64,000 bases of DNA from Limnochordaceae bacterium (lineage in GTDB: Bacteria; Bacillota; Limnochordia; Limnochordales; DUMU01), in assembly GCA_014896305.1 (NCBI GenBank), contig JADBKQ010000005.1:12381-76380 (forward strand). The letters are read 5' to 3'. This document shows positions 54,873 to 63,146 of this stretch, one piece after another. A program made the translations under genes and the position numbers. Below the pieces are notes generated by a model that did not search any database, was not told the DNA's origin, and was given only the letters and a program-made list of their open reading frames with translations. Every line of letters starts with the position of its first letter. Position 1 is the first letter of the stretch.

Positions 54873-55805
54873 ATGTCCCTGGAGGTTACACATGTGCATA
54901 AGTCTTTTGGCAACGTGAAGGCTGTACATGATGTTTCGCTTCATGTACCGCCAGGTATGATTTATGGCCTGATCGGGCCCAATGGCGCCGGAAAAACGAC
55001 AACCATGCGCATGATCCTTACCATTCTGCTGCCCGATGCTGGGACGATCACGTGGAACGGTCAGCCCGTCACTCGCGTCGCCTCCCGCTCGTTTGGCTAT
55101 TTGCCAGAGGAAAGGGGACTCTACCCCCAAATGGGCATTCGCGACGAACTCCGCTTCTTCGCTGGCCTTCATGGTATTCGAGGCCGGGCCGTCGACCAGG
55201 AAATCGACGCCTGGATCGAGCGACTCGAGCTCACAGAGCATGCACATAAGAAGGTCGAAGCTCTCTCCAAAGGCAACGCACAAAAAGTCCAGTTCCTGGC
55301 CTCTCTGCTCCATCACCCACAATTACTGGTCCTTGATGAACCTTTTAGCGGCTTGGATCCGGTCAATGTGAGACTCCTCAAACAAGCTTTACTGGACCTG
55401 GCTCAAGAGGGGACCGCGATTTTGTTCTCCACGCACCGGATGGAACACGTGGAGGAGCTTTGCTCGAGACTTGCGCTGATCCGCCACGGCGAGATCATTC
55501 TCGAAGGAACTGTGGCTGAGGTTCGCCGCAGCAGTGGCCGCCGTCTGCTCCGCCTGGGGTTCGCAGCTCCCTCCTTTGCCCAGGATGAGATCGCCCCCAG
55601 GGTTCTCCGGGGCTTCGCGGAGTTGCCGCCGCCCCAGCTGACCTCGGCTGGCTGGCAGGTCGAACTACCTGCCGGCTTCGACCCGGCACGCGTTCTGCAA
55701 GCGGCGCTGTCCGCCGGGAACATTACGTTGTTTGAGGTAGCAGCGCCATCCATCGAAGAAGTCTATGTCGAACTCATGGGAGGGACTGCGAACCATGCCG
55801 CCTGA
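54873..55805 (+). CDS. ABC transporter ATP-binding protein (ABC-2/NatA-like)
   Basis: Walker A GPNGAGKTT, signature LSKGNAQKV, Walker B LLVLDEPFSGLD. AAGGAGG SD. Confidence 0.95.
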   Translation: MSLEVTHVHKSFGNVKAVHDVSLHVPPGMIYGLIGPNGAGKTTTMRMILTILLPDAGTITWNGQPVTRVASRSFGYLPEERGLYPQMGIRDELRFFAGLHGIRGRAVDQEIDAWIERLELTEHAHKKVEALSKGNAQKVQFLASLLHHPQLLVLDEPFSGLDPVNVRLLKQALLDLAQEGTAILFSTHRMEHVEELCSRLALIRHGEIILEGTVAEVRRSSGRRLLRLGFAAPSFAQDEIAPRVLRGFAELPPPQLTSAGWQVELPAGFDPARVLQAALSAGNITLFEVAAPSIEEVYVELMGGTANHAA

Positions 55806-57207
55806 AACCATCACTCCAACCAAGCTTGGACGACCCTCAGCCGGCTCCCCCACTACCACCGGCGGGCCTGGCGTCCAGCCGATGCCGCCCCAAGCCGCAC
55901 CGCCAGCCTGGCGGGTGATCTTGGGGCGAGAGTTCCGCCAACTGGAAAGCAGTCGCTGGTACATCGCGGCCACGGTGCTGGGTCTGCTGCTCATCCTGGG
56001 GCTCTCTTTCGTTCCGGCGCTCTTGGACTACTTCTCCCGGCAGGATGCCGCCCACCCGGAGGTCATCGCGGTCGTCGCCCCTGAGCCGGGCCTGGCCGCG
56101 GCGATGCAGGCCGCCCTGACCGCCGTCCCTTCCGCCTCCCGGCCCAACTGGAAGCTGGTGGAGGCAACACCCCAGCAGGTGCCGGGCCTGTCCCGACCGT
56201 TGCCTGCGGGCAGCAGCTGGACCAGTACCCGGGCGCTCCTTGACCCACTCGTGCAGGACCAGTCGATCTCAGGCTATATTTGGGTGGGCCAGGTCGGTGG
56301 GGAGTGGCAGGCGAAGTTCACCCAGCGGCAGATCAGCAACTCCGGCTTCGTGCAGGCCTTGCTCCAACCGCTGGTCGCCCGCTGGCGCGCCCAGGCGGCC
56401 GGAATCAGCCCCGAACAAGTGGCCGCCCTGGTCGCTCCTCTCCCCTTGGAGAACCGGGAGCTGAAACCTTTGTTCTCAGACAAGGCCAAGGTCTTCTCAC
56501 AGATCCTCAGTTACTTTTTGCTCTTCGTTCTCTACATGGCCGTCCTTTTCTACGGGCAGATGATCATCACCGGCATCGCTCAGGAGAAGAGCTCCCGGGT
56601 GGTGGAGTTGCTGGTTTCTGCCGCTCGTCCCGTGGAAATCCTGACCGGCAAAGTGCTTGGGATCGGGCTGGGGGGGTTGGTCCAGTTCGGTGTCTGGACG
56701 GTGGTGGGCTTACTGGTCGCCTTCTTTTCGGGTCCGCTGCAGCGCTGGCTGCCCTTCCAGATGGGCGAGCTGCTGGCGGCTATACCCATCTCGGTTCTGC
56801 TCTACTTCCTGATCTTTTTCCTGCTCGGATACTTCTTGTACGCGGTGATCAGCGCAGCCTTGGGTTCGATGGTCAGCCGCGTGGAAGAGGCGGGTTCAAT
56901 TACTTTCCCTATGGTTTTTCTCGTGTTTATCGCTTATATGCTCGCCTTTGACGCCATGATATCCCCGGACTCCCGCCTCGTGGTCGTTGGCTCGTTGATC
57001 CCGTTCTTCACCCCGATGGTGATGTTTACCCGGCTGACCATGAGCGCCGTCCCCTTCTGGCAGGTGGCTTTATCCATCGTCCTGACGGCGGCTACGACGG
57101 TCTTGCTCACCGGCCTGGCCAGTCGGCTGTACCAGGCGCATATCCTGCGATTCCAGCGGGTAAGCTGGCGCGAAGGCTGGCAGACCCTGATCCATCGCAC
57201 GGAATAG
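55795..57207 (+). CDS. ABC-2 family transporter permease (NatB-like, large extracytoplasmic loop)
   Basis: The ATG overlaps the ATPase stop by 11 nt. TM1 is followed by a ~170-aa loop, then 5 clustered TM helices with an EKSSRVVELL motif. Confidence 0.85.
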   Translation: MPPETITPTKLGRPSAGSPTTTGGPGVQPMPPQAAPPAWRVILGREFRQLESSRWYIAATVLGLLLILGLSFVPALLDYFSRQDAAHPEVIAVVAPEPGLAAAMQAALTAVPSASRPNWKLVEATPQQVPGLSRPLPAGSSWTSTRALLDPLVQDQSISGYIWVGQVGGEWQAKFTQRQISNSGFVQALLQPLVARWRAQAAGISPEQVAALVAPLPLENRELKPLFSDKAKVFSQILSYFLLFVLYMAVLFYGQMIITGIAQEKSSRVVELLVSAARPVEILTGKVLGIGLGGLVQFGVWTVVGLLVAFFSGPLQRWLPFQMGELLAAIPISVLLYFLIFFLLGYFLYAVISAALGSMVSRVEEAGSITFPMVFLVFIAYMLAFDAMISPDSRLVVVGSLIPFFTPMVMFTRLTMSAVPFWQVALSIVLTAATTVLLTGLASRLYQAHILRFQRVSWREGWQTLIHRTE

Positions 57208-57220
57208 GGATGGAGGCTCT

Positions 57221-57253
57221 GGCCGCGGATCGCTTGGCGAGCGGTCCGCGGCC
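57221..57253. terminator. GC-rich hairpin between convergent permease and NUDIX genes
   Basis: 9-bp arms GGCCGCGGA ... TCCGCGGCC, with an inner CGCT/AGCG stem. Confidence 0.4.
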
Positions 57254-57271
57254 TGTCTTCGGGCGTGGACG

Positions 57272-57778
57272 TCAGAACGGGTGCAGGGCGGCCTCCCTCA
57301 AGGCCTCCTGCACCAGGTTCCAATCCCCCGGCGAAAACTCTTCGGGACGGCACTGGGTGGGGTCGACCCAGCTGAGCGAGCGAATCTCCTGCAGCTGGGG
57401 GTGGAGAACCTCTTGCGGCCGCTCGTAGGCTGCCGGCGGCAGCGCAACCAGGTAGTAGAAGCGCAGAGAGTGAAACGGGTGGTGGAACGCGAAGTAACTC
57501 TCGCGGAAGGTGAACCAGCGGGCAGCGACCGGGGTCACGCCGGTCTCCTCCCGGTACTCCCGGCACATGCCTTCCTCGATACTCTCCCAGGGCTCGACGC
57601 CGCCGCCAGGAATATCGAAAAGCCCCGTGAACACCGATCGACCCAGCAGAACCTTCCCTTGCCATACGGCCAGGCCGTACGCAGCCGGCCGAAAGGTCAA
57701 CTCGGCCGCAGCAAACTCCTTCTCGCCACCGAATAATGTCCGGCAGCGAACCGTGCTTACCGTCGGCTGAGCCCGCAC
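57272..57778 (-). CDS. NUDIX hydrolase
   Basis: Nudix box GGGVEPWESIEEGMCREYREETGV. GTG 57778 has AAAGGGGG 7 nt upstream. The longest ORF starts at 57847. Confidence 0.8.
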   Translation of the reverse strand: MRAQPTVSTVRCRTLFGGEKEFAAAELTFRPAAYGLAVWQGKVLLGRSVFTGLFDIPGGGVEPWESIEEGMCREYREETGVTPVAARWFTFRESYFAFHHPFHSLRFYYLVALPPAAYERPQEVLHPQLQEIRSLSWVDPTQCRPEEFSPGDWNLVQEALREAALHPF

Positions 57779-57875
57779 ACTGTTGCCCCCTTTGTCCGTT
57801 TCGACACAGATCGCTTGATTTTCGGTTCGCCTTGGGTCAGTATACAACCAGCCTGAGAAAGGAGTCGAGAGGTGG

Positions 57876-60059
57876 ATGTCAATGGGGACCTACCAAGACG
57901 CGACAGGTTCTTCCGGTCACCAGCCGGATTGGGATACCTTGCGGCTGGTGGCCAAGACGGTGCGAGTTTTGGCAGCCGAAGCTGTTCAAAAAGCGAACTC
58001 TGGCCACCCCGGCCTGCCGTTGGGGGCCGCGGAGATCGGAGTCCTCTTGTTCGCCGAGCTCTTGCGTCACGATCCGACCGCCCCGGATTGGCCCGATCGG
58101 GATCGTTTCGTCTTGTCCGCCGGCCACGGATCGATGTTGTTATACGCCCTCCTGCACCTGAGCGGCTATGATCTGCCCATGAGCGAGCTGGAACGTTTCC
58201 GGCAGTTGGGCTCACGGACGCCCGGACACCCTGAGTACGGGAGAACCGTGGGCGTGGAGACGACCACTGGCCCGTTGGGGCAAGGGATCGGCAATGCCGT
58301 GGGGATGGCCATCGCCGAACGGATGCTGGCCGCCCGCTACAACCGGCCTGGTTACCCGGTGGTGGGGCACTGGACCTATGTGTTGGCCGGAGACGGGGAC
58401 ATGATGGAGGGCGTCAGCAGCGAGGCTGCCTCTCTGGCCGGGCACTGGGGACTGGGCCGGCTCATCGTGATCTATGACTCCAATCGAATCTCTATCGAAG
58501 GCCAGACCGATCTGGCTTTTACGGAGTCAGTGGCCACCCGCTTCCAGGCATACGGCTGGACGGTGACGGAAGTGGATGGCCACGATCTGTCCGCGTTGTA
58601 CCAGGCCCTGACCGCCGCGCGGGACAGCGCCGCCGACCAGCCGCACCTGATCATCGCCCACACGCACATCGGTCGTTTCAGCGATCAGCAGGATAGCGCC
58701 GAAGCGCACGGCGCGCCGTTGGGGGAAGAGTCGGTTCGCCGGCTGAAGCAGACCCTGGGCTGGCCGGAGCAGGCCTTCTATGTTCCCCCGGCGGTCTACA
58801 CGTTTTTTGCCGAGAAGCGTTGCGGCTGGCAAGAGCAGCGACAGGCCTGGGAAAGCCGGTTCGCTGAATGGCAGGCCGCCTACCCTGACCTGGCCGACCA
58901 ATGGCAACAGGCCCACCAGCTCTCCCTGCCTGCGGGTTGGGAGCAAGCCGTACCCCATTTTGATCCCGCCACGAAGGAAGCGACCCGCAATGCCAGCGGA
59001 AAGGTGCTGCAAGCGCTGGCGCAGCAGATCCCTTATCTGGTGGGCGGTTCAGCCGACCTGGCCCCGTCGACCAAGACCTACTTGGAGAACGCCGGCGATG
59101 TCGAAAAAGGCCATTACGAGGGCCGCAACTTCCATTTTGGCGTGCGCGAGCACGCCATGGGAGCGATCCTAAACGGCATCGCCCTCCACAAGGGTCTGCG
59201 CCCCTTTGGTTCCACGTTCCTCGTCTTTTCCGACTACATGCGCCCATCTATCCGGCTTGCCGCCTTGATGCGTTTACCGGTCATCTATGTATTCACCCAT
59301 GATTCCATCGCGGTCGGTGAGGATGGTCCCACCCACCAGCCCGTCGAGCAAACCGAATCGTTGCGCTTGATTCCGGGCCTGACAGTTTTCCGGCCAGCCG
59401 ACGCAGAAGAGACGCGGCAAGCCTGGATCGAAGCCATCAAAATGACAGAGGGGCCGGTGGCGCTCATACTCACCCGGCAAAGCTTGCCAACTCTGTCCGT
59501 GCCGCCAGAGGTGCTGGCGGCTGGAGTGAGCCGGGGTGGATACCTGTTGACAGAGATAACAGGCGCAGGAGCGGCTCAGATATCATCCGAGCCTGGATCA
59601 CTGACCGATAGCACGACTTCGCACCCGCTGGTACCCCCGGCTCTCTCCAGCCAGATCACTTTCGTTGCCAGTGGCAGTGAAGTGAGCCTGGCTCTGGCCG
59701 CCGCCCGTCTGCTGGCAGCAGAGGGTAACTCCTGCCGGGTCGTGTCGGTTCCCTGCCGCGAACGCTTCCTGCAGCAACCTCTCGCCTACCAGCGAGCGGT
59801 ACTGGATGGTGTGGACGGAGCAGAACCAGCCGCGCCCGGCACCCGCCAGCATCTCGCTTCGAACCGGCGCAGGGTTTTCCTGGAGGCCGGCGTGGCCAGC
59901 GGTTGGCTGCAGCTCGCCCGCCCGGGTGACCAGGTGGTTGCCATGCAGACGTTCGGCGAAAGCGGGCCGGCATCTGATGTCGCCCGCCATTTCGGGTTCA
60001 GCCCGGAGCAGGTCGCAGAAAAGATCCGTTCGGGACGGGACCGGCTACCCGAGAGTTAG
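57876..60059 (+). CDS. tkt: transketolase
   Basis: Contains [25 protein letters not shown], the GDGDMMEGV (ThDP/Mg) motif, [18 protein letters not shown] and FGESGP. It is about 50-60 aa longer than usual because of two C-terminal-domain insertions. Confidence 0.95.
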   Translation: MSMGTYQDATGSSGHQPDWDTLRLVAKTVRVLAAEAVQKANSGHPGLPLGAAEIGVLLFAELLRHDPTAPDWPDRDRFVLSAGHGSMLLYALLHLSGYDLPMSELERFRQLGSRTPGHPEYGRTVGVETTTGPLGQGIGNAVGMAIAERMLAARYNRPGYPVVGHWTYVLAGDGDMMEGVSSEAASLAGHWGLGRLIVIYDSNRISIEGQTDLAFTESVATRFQAYGWTVTEVDGHDLSALYQALTAARDSAADQPHLIIAHTHIGRFSDQQDSAEAHGAPLGEESVRRLKQTLGWPEQAFYVPPAVYTFFAEKRCGWQEQRQAWESRFAEWQAAYPDLADQWQQAHQLSLPAGWEQAVPHFDPATKEATRNASGKVLQALAQQIPYLVGGSADLAPSTKTYLENAGDVEKGHYEGRNFHFGVREHAMGAILNGIALHKGLRPFGSTFLVFSDYMRPSIRLAALMRLPVIYVFTHDSIAVGEDGPTHQPVEQTESLRLIPGLTVFRPADAEETRQAWIEAIKMTEGPVALILTRQSLPTLSVPPEVLAAGVSRGGYLLTEITGAGAAQISSEPGSLTDSTTSHPLVPPALSSQITFVASGSEVSLALAAARLLAAEGNSCRVVSVPCRERFLQQPLAYQRAVLDGVDGAEPAAPGTRQHLASNRRRVFLEAGVASGWLQLARPGDQVVAMQTFGESGPASDVARHFGFSPEQVAEKIRSGRDRLPES

Positions 60060-60122
60060 GCTACCACGGGCGTCCGGCCTCCTGGTGAACGCCGGATTTG
60101 CTGGTCCCGGTACAACCGGTGC

Positions 60123-60151
60123 TTGACGGAGTCATACGGTCGGAGTACAAT
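60123..60151 (+). promoter_or_regulatory. sigma70-type promoter (TTGACG-N17-TACAAT) driving the B12-riboswitch leader
   Basis: -35 at 60123-60128, a 17-nt spacer, and -10 at 60146-60151. It lies about 360 nt upstream of ATG 60515. Confidence 0.55.
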
Positions 60152-60261
60152 GCGGGCAAGTTCTCGCCGCGATATTGCACAGCTCACCTTCGGGGCAGGG
60201 AACGGGTCGTCTTGCTCAGGTGCATACGAAACGCAGGCGGGGCAAGGCTGCCCGTTCAACC

Positions 60262-60480
60262 GACCGGTGGTGATGCTCCCAGGGTGAGCCCTGGGAGACG
60301 AGCCCATCCGCCTCAGCAGTTGATCCGGTGCGAATCCGGAGCCGCCAGTGCAGTCTGGATGAGCGAAGGTGACGGTGCGCAAGGAGAGTGTTCGGGCCGA
60401 ATCCCTCCCCGGCCGCAGGGGAGGGGAGGCATTGCCTTGATGCCTTGCGCCCCCCTGCCCTGATCGGAGACGTGCCGGCG
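60262..60480 (+). promoter_or_regulatory. cobalamin (B12) riboswitch
   Basis: CCGGTGCGAATCCGGAGCCGCCAGTG (60325-60350) matches the conserved GGUGnnAAUCC hairpin plus GCCACUG-like core. GATCGGAGACGTGCCGG (60462-60478) matches the 3' B12 box (..GAGACCUGCC). CCCCCCTG (60450-57) is complementary to the SD CAGGGGGG (60499-506). The boundaries are approximate. Confidence 0.7.
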
Positions 60481-60514
60481 CTTCTGGTCAGGTATTAACA
60501 GGGGGGTTGTCATT

Positions 60515-61060
60515 ATGTCTTCATCGCCGTCGTCCCGCTCGAATGGTACCCGTTGGCTGGCCCGCAGCGGACTGGCCATCGCTCTGGTGACGTTGGGGAC
60601 TCTGGTTCTGCGGTTCCCCATGCCGCAAACCGAAGGCTATGTCAATGTGGGCGATACCTTCATCTTCGTCCTGGCGGCAGAATTTGGACCGCTGCTGGGA
60701 GCATTGGCTGGTGGCCTCGGCTCCGCTCTGGCCGATCTTTTGGCAGGCTATCCCCATTGGGCACCGTGGACGCTGGTGATCAAGGCCGTGGAGGGTGCGC
60801 TGGCTGGCTGGCTCCTGCGCGTCGGGGCTGTGCGGACTCCCGCTGTGAAAGCCGCCCGCCCACCCCTGACGATTCCCCGCTTTGTGTTTGCCTGTGTTAT
60901 GGCAGGTCTTTGGATGGTGATCGGATATTCTCTGGCGGAGACACTCTTATACTCGTGGCCGGCGGCCATAGCCAGCTTGCCTGGAAATCTCATCCAGGCA
61001 GGAGTGAGCCTGCTCCTGGCTCTTCCCCTGACCGTCGCTTTGCGCCATCTGCGAGGATAA
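60515..61060 (+). CDS. ECF-transporter S component (substrate-capture subunit; B12-specific CbrT-like inferred from the riboswitch)
   Basis: 181 aa with about 6 TM helices. G/A-rich helices (GDTFIFVLAAEFGPLLGALAGGLGSALADLL) are typical of the ECF_trnsprt family. No EcfA/EcfT genes are adjacent. Confidence 0.75.
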   Translation: MSSSPSSRSNGTRWLARSGLAIALVTLGTLVLRFPMPQTEGYVNVGDTFIFVLAAEFGPLLGALAGGLGSALADLLAGYPHWAPWTLVIKAVEGALAGWLLRVGAVRTPAVKAARPPLTIPRFVFACVMAGLWMVIGYSLAETLLYSWPAAIASLPGNLIQAGVSLLLALPLTVALRHLRG

Positions 61061-61225
61061 AGCCGCTTTGTGCATCAGCCCCCACCGGTGCGCCCCGGTT
61101 GGTGTAGAATGGATGTAACATGGCCGCGCGCGGGTAGCCGGGCGATAGCGAGGGGCTCTGAGCAGCTGAGTAACTGGCCACAGGGCTGGATGGCCACGGC
61201 GGCCCAGGGATAGGAGTGCAGGCGC

Positions 61226-62263
61226 ATGCAGAAAGAAAACCCATTCTTATATTTGGGCCGCCTAGCCCTGTCTGGCCTGACCGTCGTCCTCTTTGTCCTA
61301 CTCCTGATCTGGCTGTGGAGTTGTCTGCGCCGGTGGGGCGACCAGCGGGAGAGAAGGGTTTTGGGACGACGGGCGTTTCCCAGTAGTGAGTTGGGGTCAT
61401 CGGGCTATGCCGAGGTAGCTTTGCGGGAGGGGCAAGCAGGTTTCGCCAGCTCTAAGCGGCTGGCCGCAGCCTCGGTGTGGTCCGGTGCCTCGCTGGCCCT
61501 GATCGTCCCGGTGATCCACCTGTTGTATGCGACCGTCATCCTATTGATCGGTCTGATTAGCACTACCGGCGCTCCCCCAGATCCTGGCCTGCCGGAGCAG
61601 CTCTATCCTTGGCCCGTCTTCCTGGCTAACCTCCGGGCGATCGCCGGCTATCTGCCGCGGGTGGGTATCGCCGCCGTGGCCCTGGGCCTGTTCGGCCTGG
61701 TCTTTGGGTTCGCCCGGCGCCGGCTCACCCGGCAGCTTTTCCGGGTCGTAGTGCTCGGAGTGAACGTGCCCGGCTCGTGGCTCGTTGGGGTACCCCTTTC
61801 TCTTTTCATCTACTGGCTGGCCGGCATCTCGCCGATCACCCCTCAACTCCACTGGTTGCTGGACTATCTCGTGGCTTGGCCCCTTTTCGGTTACCTTGGT
61901 ACCCTTTACCTTCATCGGACGGAGGATGCTGCCTTATACTGGTTGACCCGCTTCGATTGGCCGGCCCGTACCCAGGCCGCGGTCCACTATGTGCTCCTGG
62001 ATCAGTTCTCGGGAGTGCAGGCAACCCGTCTGCACTCCGAGTTGGAGTCCGGCAAGATCACCCTCGACGTACCGATTCCCCGCCCGGAAGCAGGACGCCT
62101 CGTGGGACAACTGTTGGCCTTTCCCGGCGTCGAGCAAGTCGATCTCTTCATCGGCGGGGAGCTGGTTCGCCCACCGGCCGACCTGGTCCGCCGCCGGCTG
62201 TGGGAGATGGCGGCCATTCGGCGGCAGCGGCACCGGGTCGGTTCGGATCACCCTCCTACCTGA
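61226..62263 (+). CDS. polytopic membrane protein with C-terminal BON-like domain (hypothetical)
   Basis: 345 aa with at least 6 hydrophobic helices. The C-terminal ESGKITLDVPIPRPEAGRLVGQLLAFPGVEQVDLFIG resembles a BON domain. Low-confidence function. Confidence 0.55.
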   Translation: MQKENPFLYLGRLALSGLTVVLFVLLLIWLWSCLRRWGDQRERRVLGRRAFPSSELGSSGYAEVALREGQAGFASSKRLAAASVWSGASLALIVPVIHLLYATVILLIGLISTTGAPPDPGLPEQLYPWPVFLANLRAIAGYLPRVGIAAVALGLFGLVFGFARRRLTRQLFRVVVLGVNVPGSWLVGVPLSLFIYWLAGISPITPQLHWLLDYLVAWPLFGYLGTLYLHRTEDAALYWLTRFDWPARTQAAVHYVLLDQFSGVQATRLHSELESGKITLDVPIPRPEAGRLVGQLLAFPGVEQVDLFIGGELVRPPADLVRRRLWEMAAIRRQRHRVGSDHPPT

Positions 62264-62799
62264 ACGTGGCGGGCAGCTCGAGATAATGCCAGAGCGACGA
62301 CGACTTTCAGGAGATCGCCGGGTATGAAAGGAAGCATCCCGGCGACCAGTGCTTGACCGAAGGAAAGGTGCGCCTGAACGGCCAGCCACGGTACCCCGAT
62401 CGTGTACAGGGCCAGCGTGGCCCCGACCAACCAGGCGCCCTGCGCCCAGGGACTCTTGTGGTGTCGTGCGCCGCTCGCCACCGCTGCGCACACCACAAAG
62501 CCCAGCAGGAAGCCGCCGGTGGGCCCGGCTAGCTGCCCCCACCCTGCCGCGCCTCCAGCAAAGACCGGGATCCCTACGACTCCCAAGAGCAAGTAAGCAA
62601 CCATGGCCAGGACCGCCAACCTCGTTCCTAGAAAAAGACCAGACAAAAGAGGAAACAATGACTGCAGGGTGATCGGGACCGGGGAGAACGGAAGGGGGAC
62701 AGCCACCCACGCGCCGGCTGCCGTCAGTGCTGCCAGCAAAGCGGCAAGCGGAATGTCTCGCACATTTTTCCACACATTTCGGGGAGAACCTCTATCCAT
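62248..62799 (-). CDS. bioY: biotin transporter BioY (ECF S component)
   Basis: Contains VPITLQSLFPLLSGLFLG, GPTGGFLLGF and FIPGDLLK, characteristic BioY motifs. Confidence 0.9.
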   Translation of the reverse strand: MDRGSPRNVWKNVRDIPLAALLAALTAAGAWVAVPLPFSPVPITLQSLFPLLSGLFLGTRLAVLAMVAYLLLGVVGIPVFAGGAAGWGQLAGPTGGFLLGFVVCAAVASGARHHKSPWAQGAWLVGATLALYTIGVPWLAVQAHLSFGQALVAGMLPFIPGDLLKVVVALALSRAARHVQVGG

Positions 62800-62862
62800 C
62801 CAACACGCCTCCGGCTATACTGAAATCGGAACAGGGAATCATGCCCAAAGGGGGAGCAGCCC

Positions 62863-63102
62863 GTGTTCTGGCTTTTTCTCATCCTCACCCTCTTGGCCGC
62901 TGTGCTGACCTGGCGCTGGGTGCAATTGGGCCAACGGCAATTGACCACCTTCGCCATGATCCTCACGTTAGGACTTCTGCTGATCACTGTCGGCCTGCGC
63001 TTGCCAGACTTTGGCCGCGGTTTCTTCACCGCCCTCGGTACAATCAGTCTGGTGGCGGCAGTCATCGTCGGATTCCGGCACGACCGCTATCGCGGGTGGT
63101 AG
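62863..63102 (+). CDS. small membrane protein (79 aa, 3 predicted TM), hypothetical
   Basis: GTG start with AAGGGGGAG 6 nt upstream. Strongly hydrophobic. Confidence 0.5.
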   Translation: MFWLFLILTLLAAVLTWRWVQLGQRQLTTFAMILTLGLLLITVGLRLPDFGRGFFTALGTISLVAAVIVGFRHDRYRGW

Positions 63103-63146
63103 CCGGCCCGCCGGGTCCGACCCGTTCTCCCACGGCCAAGTCGACC

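Noticed and set aside
54592-54918. 108-aa and 64-aa ORFs across the AT-rich island upstream of the ABC transporter
   Set aside because: They run through two terminator hairpins and the ABC gene SD and start. There is no SD of their own and the composition is atypical. The region is kept only as a low-interest finding.
60262-60480. Alternative reading of the leader as a TPP (THI-box) riboswitch, because of ...TGATCCGG... similarity
   Set aside because: It lacks the CUGAGA and ACCUGAUCUGGAUAAUGCCAGCG core. The GGUGCGAAUCC hairpin plus GCCGCCAGUG and a 3' GAGACGUGCC box fit the cobalamin class much better.
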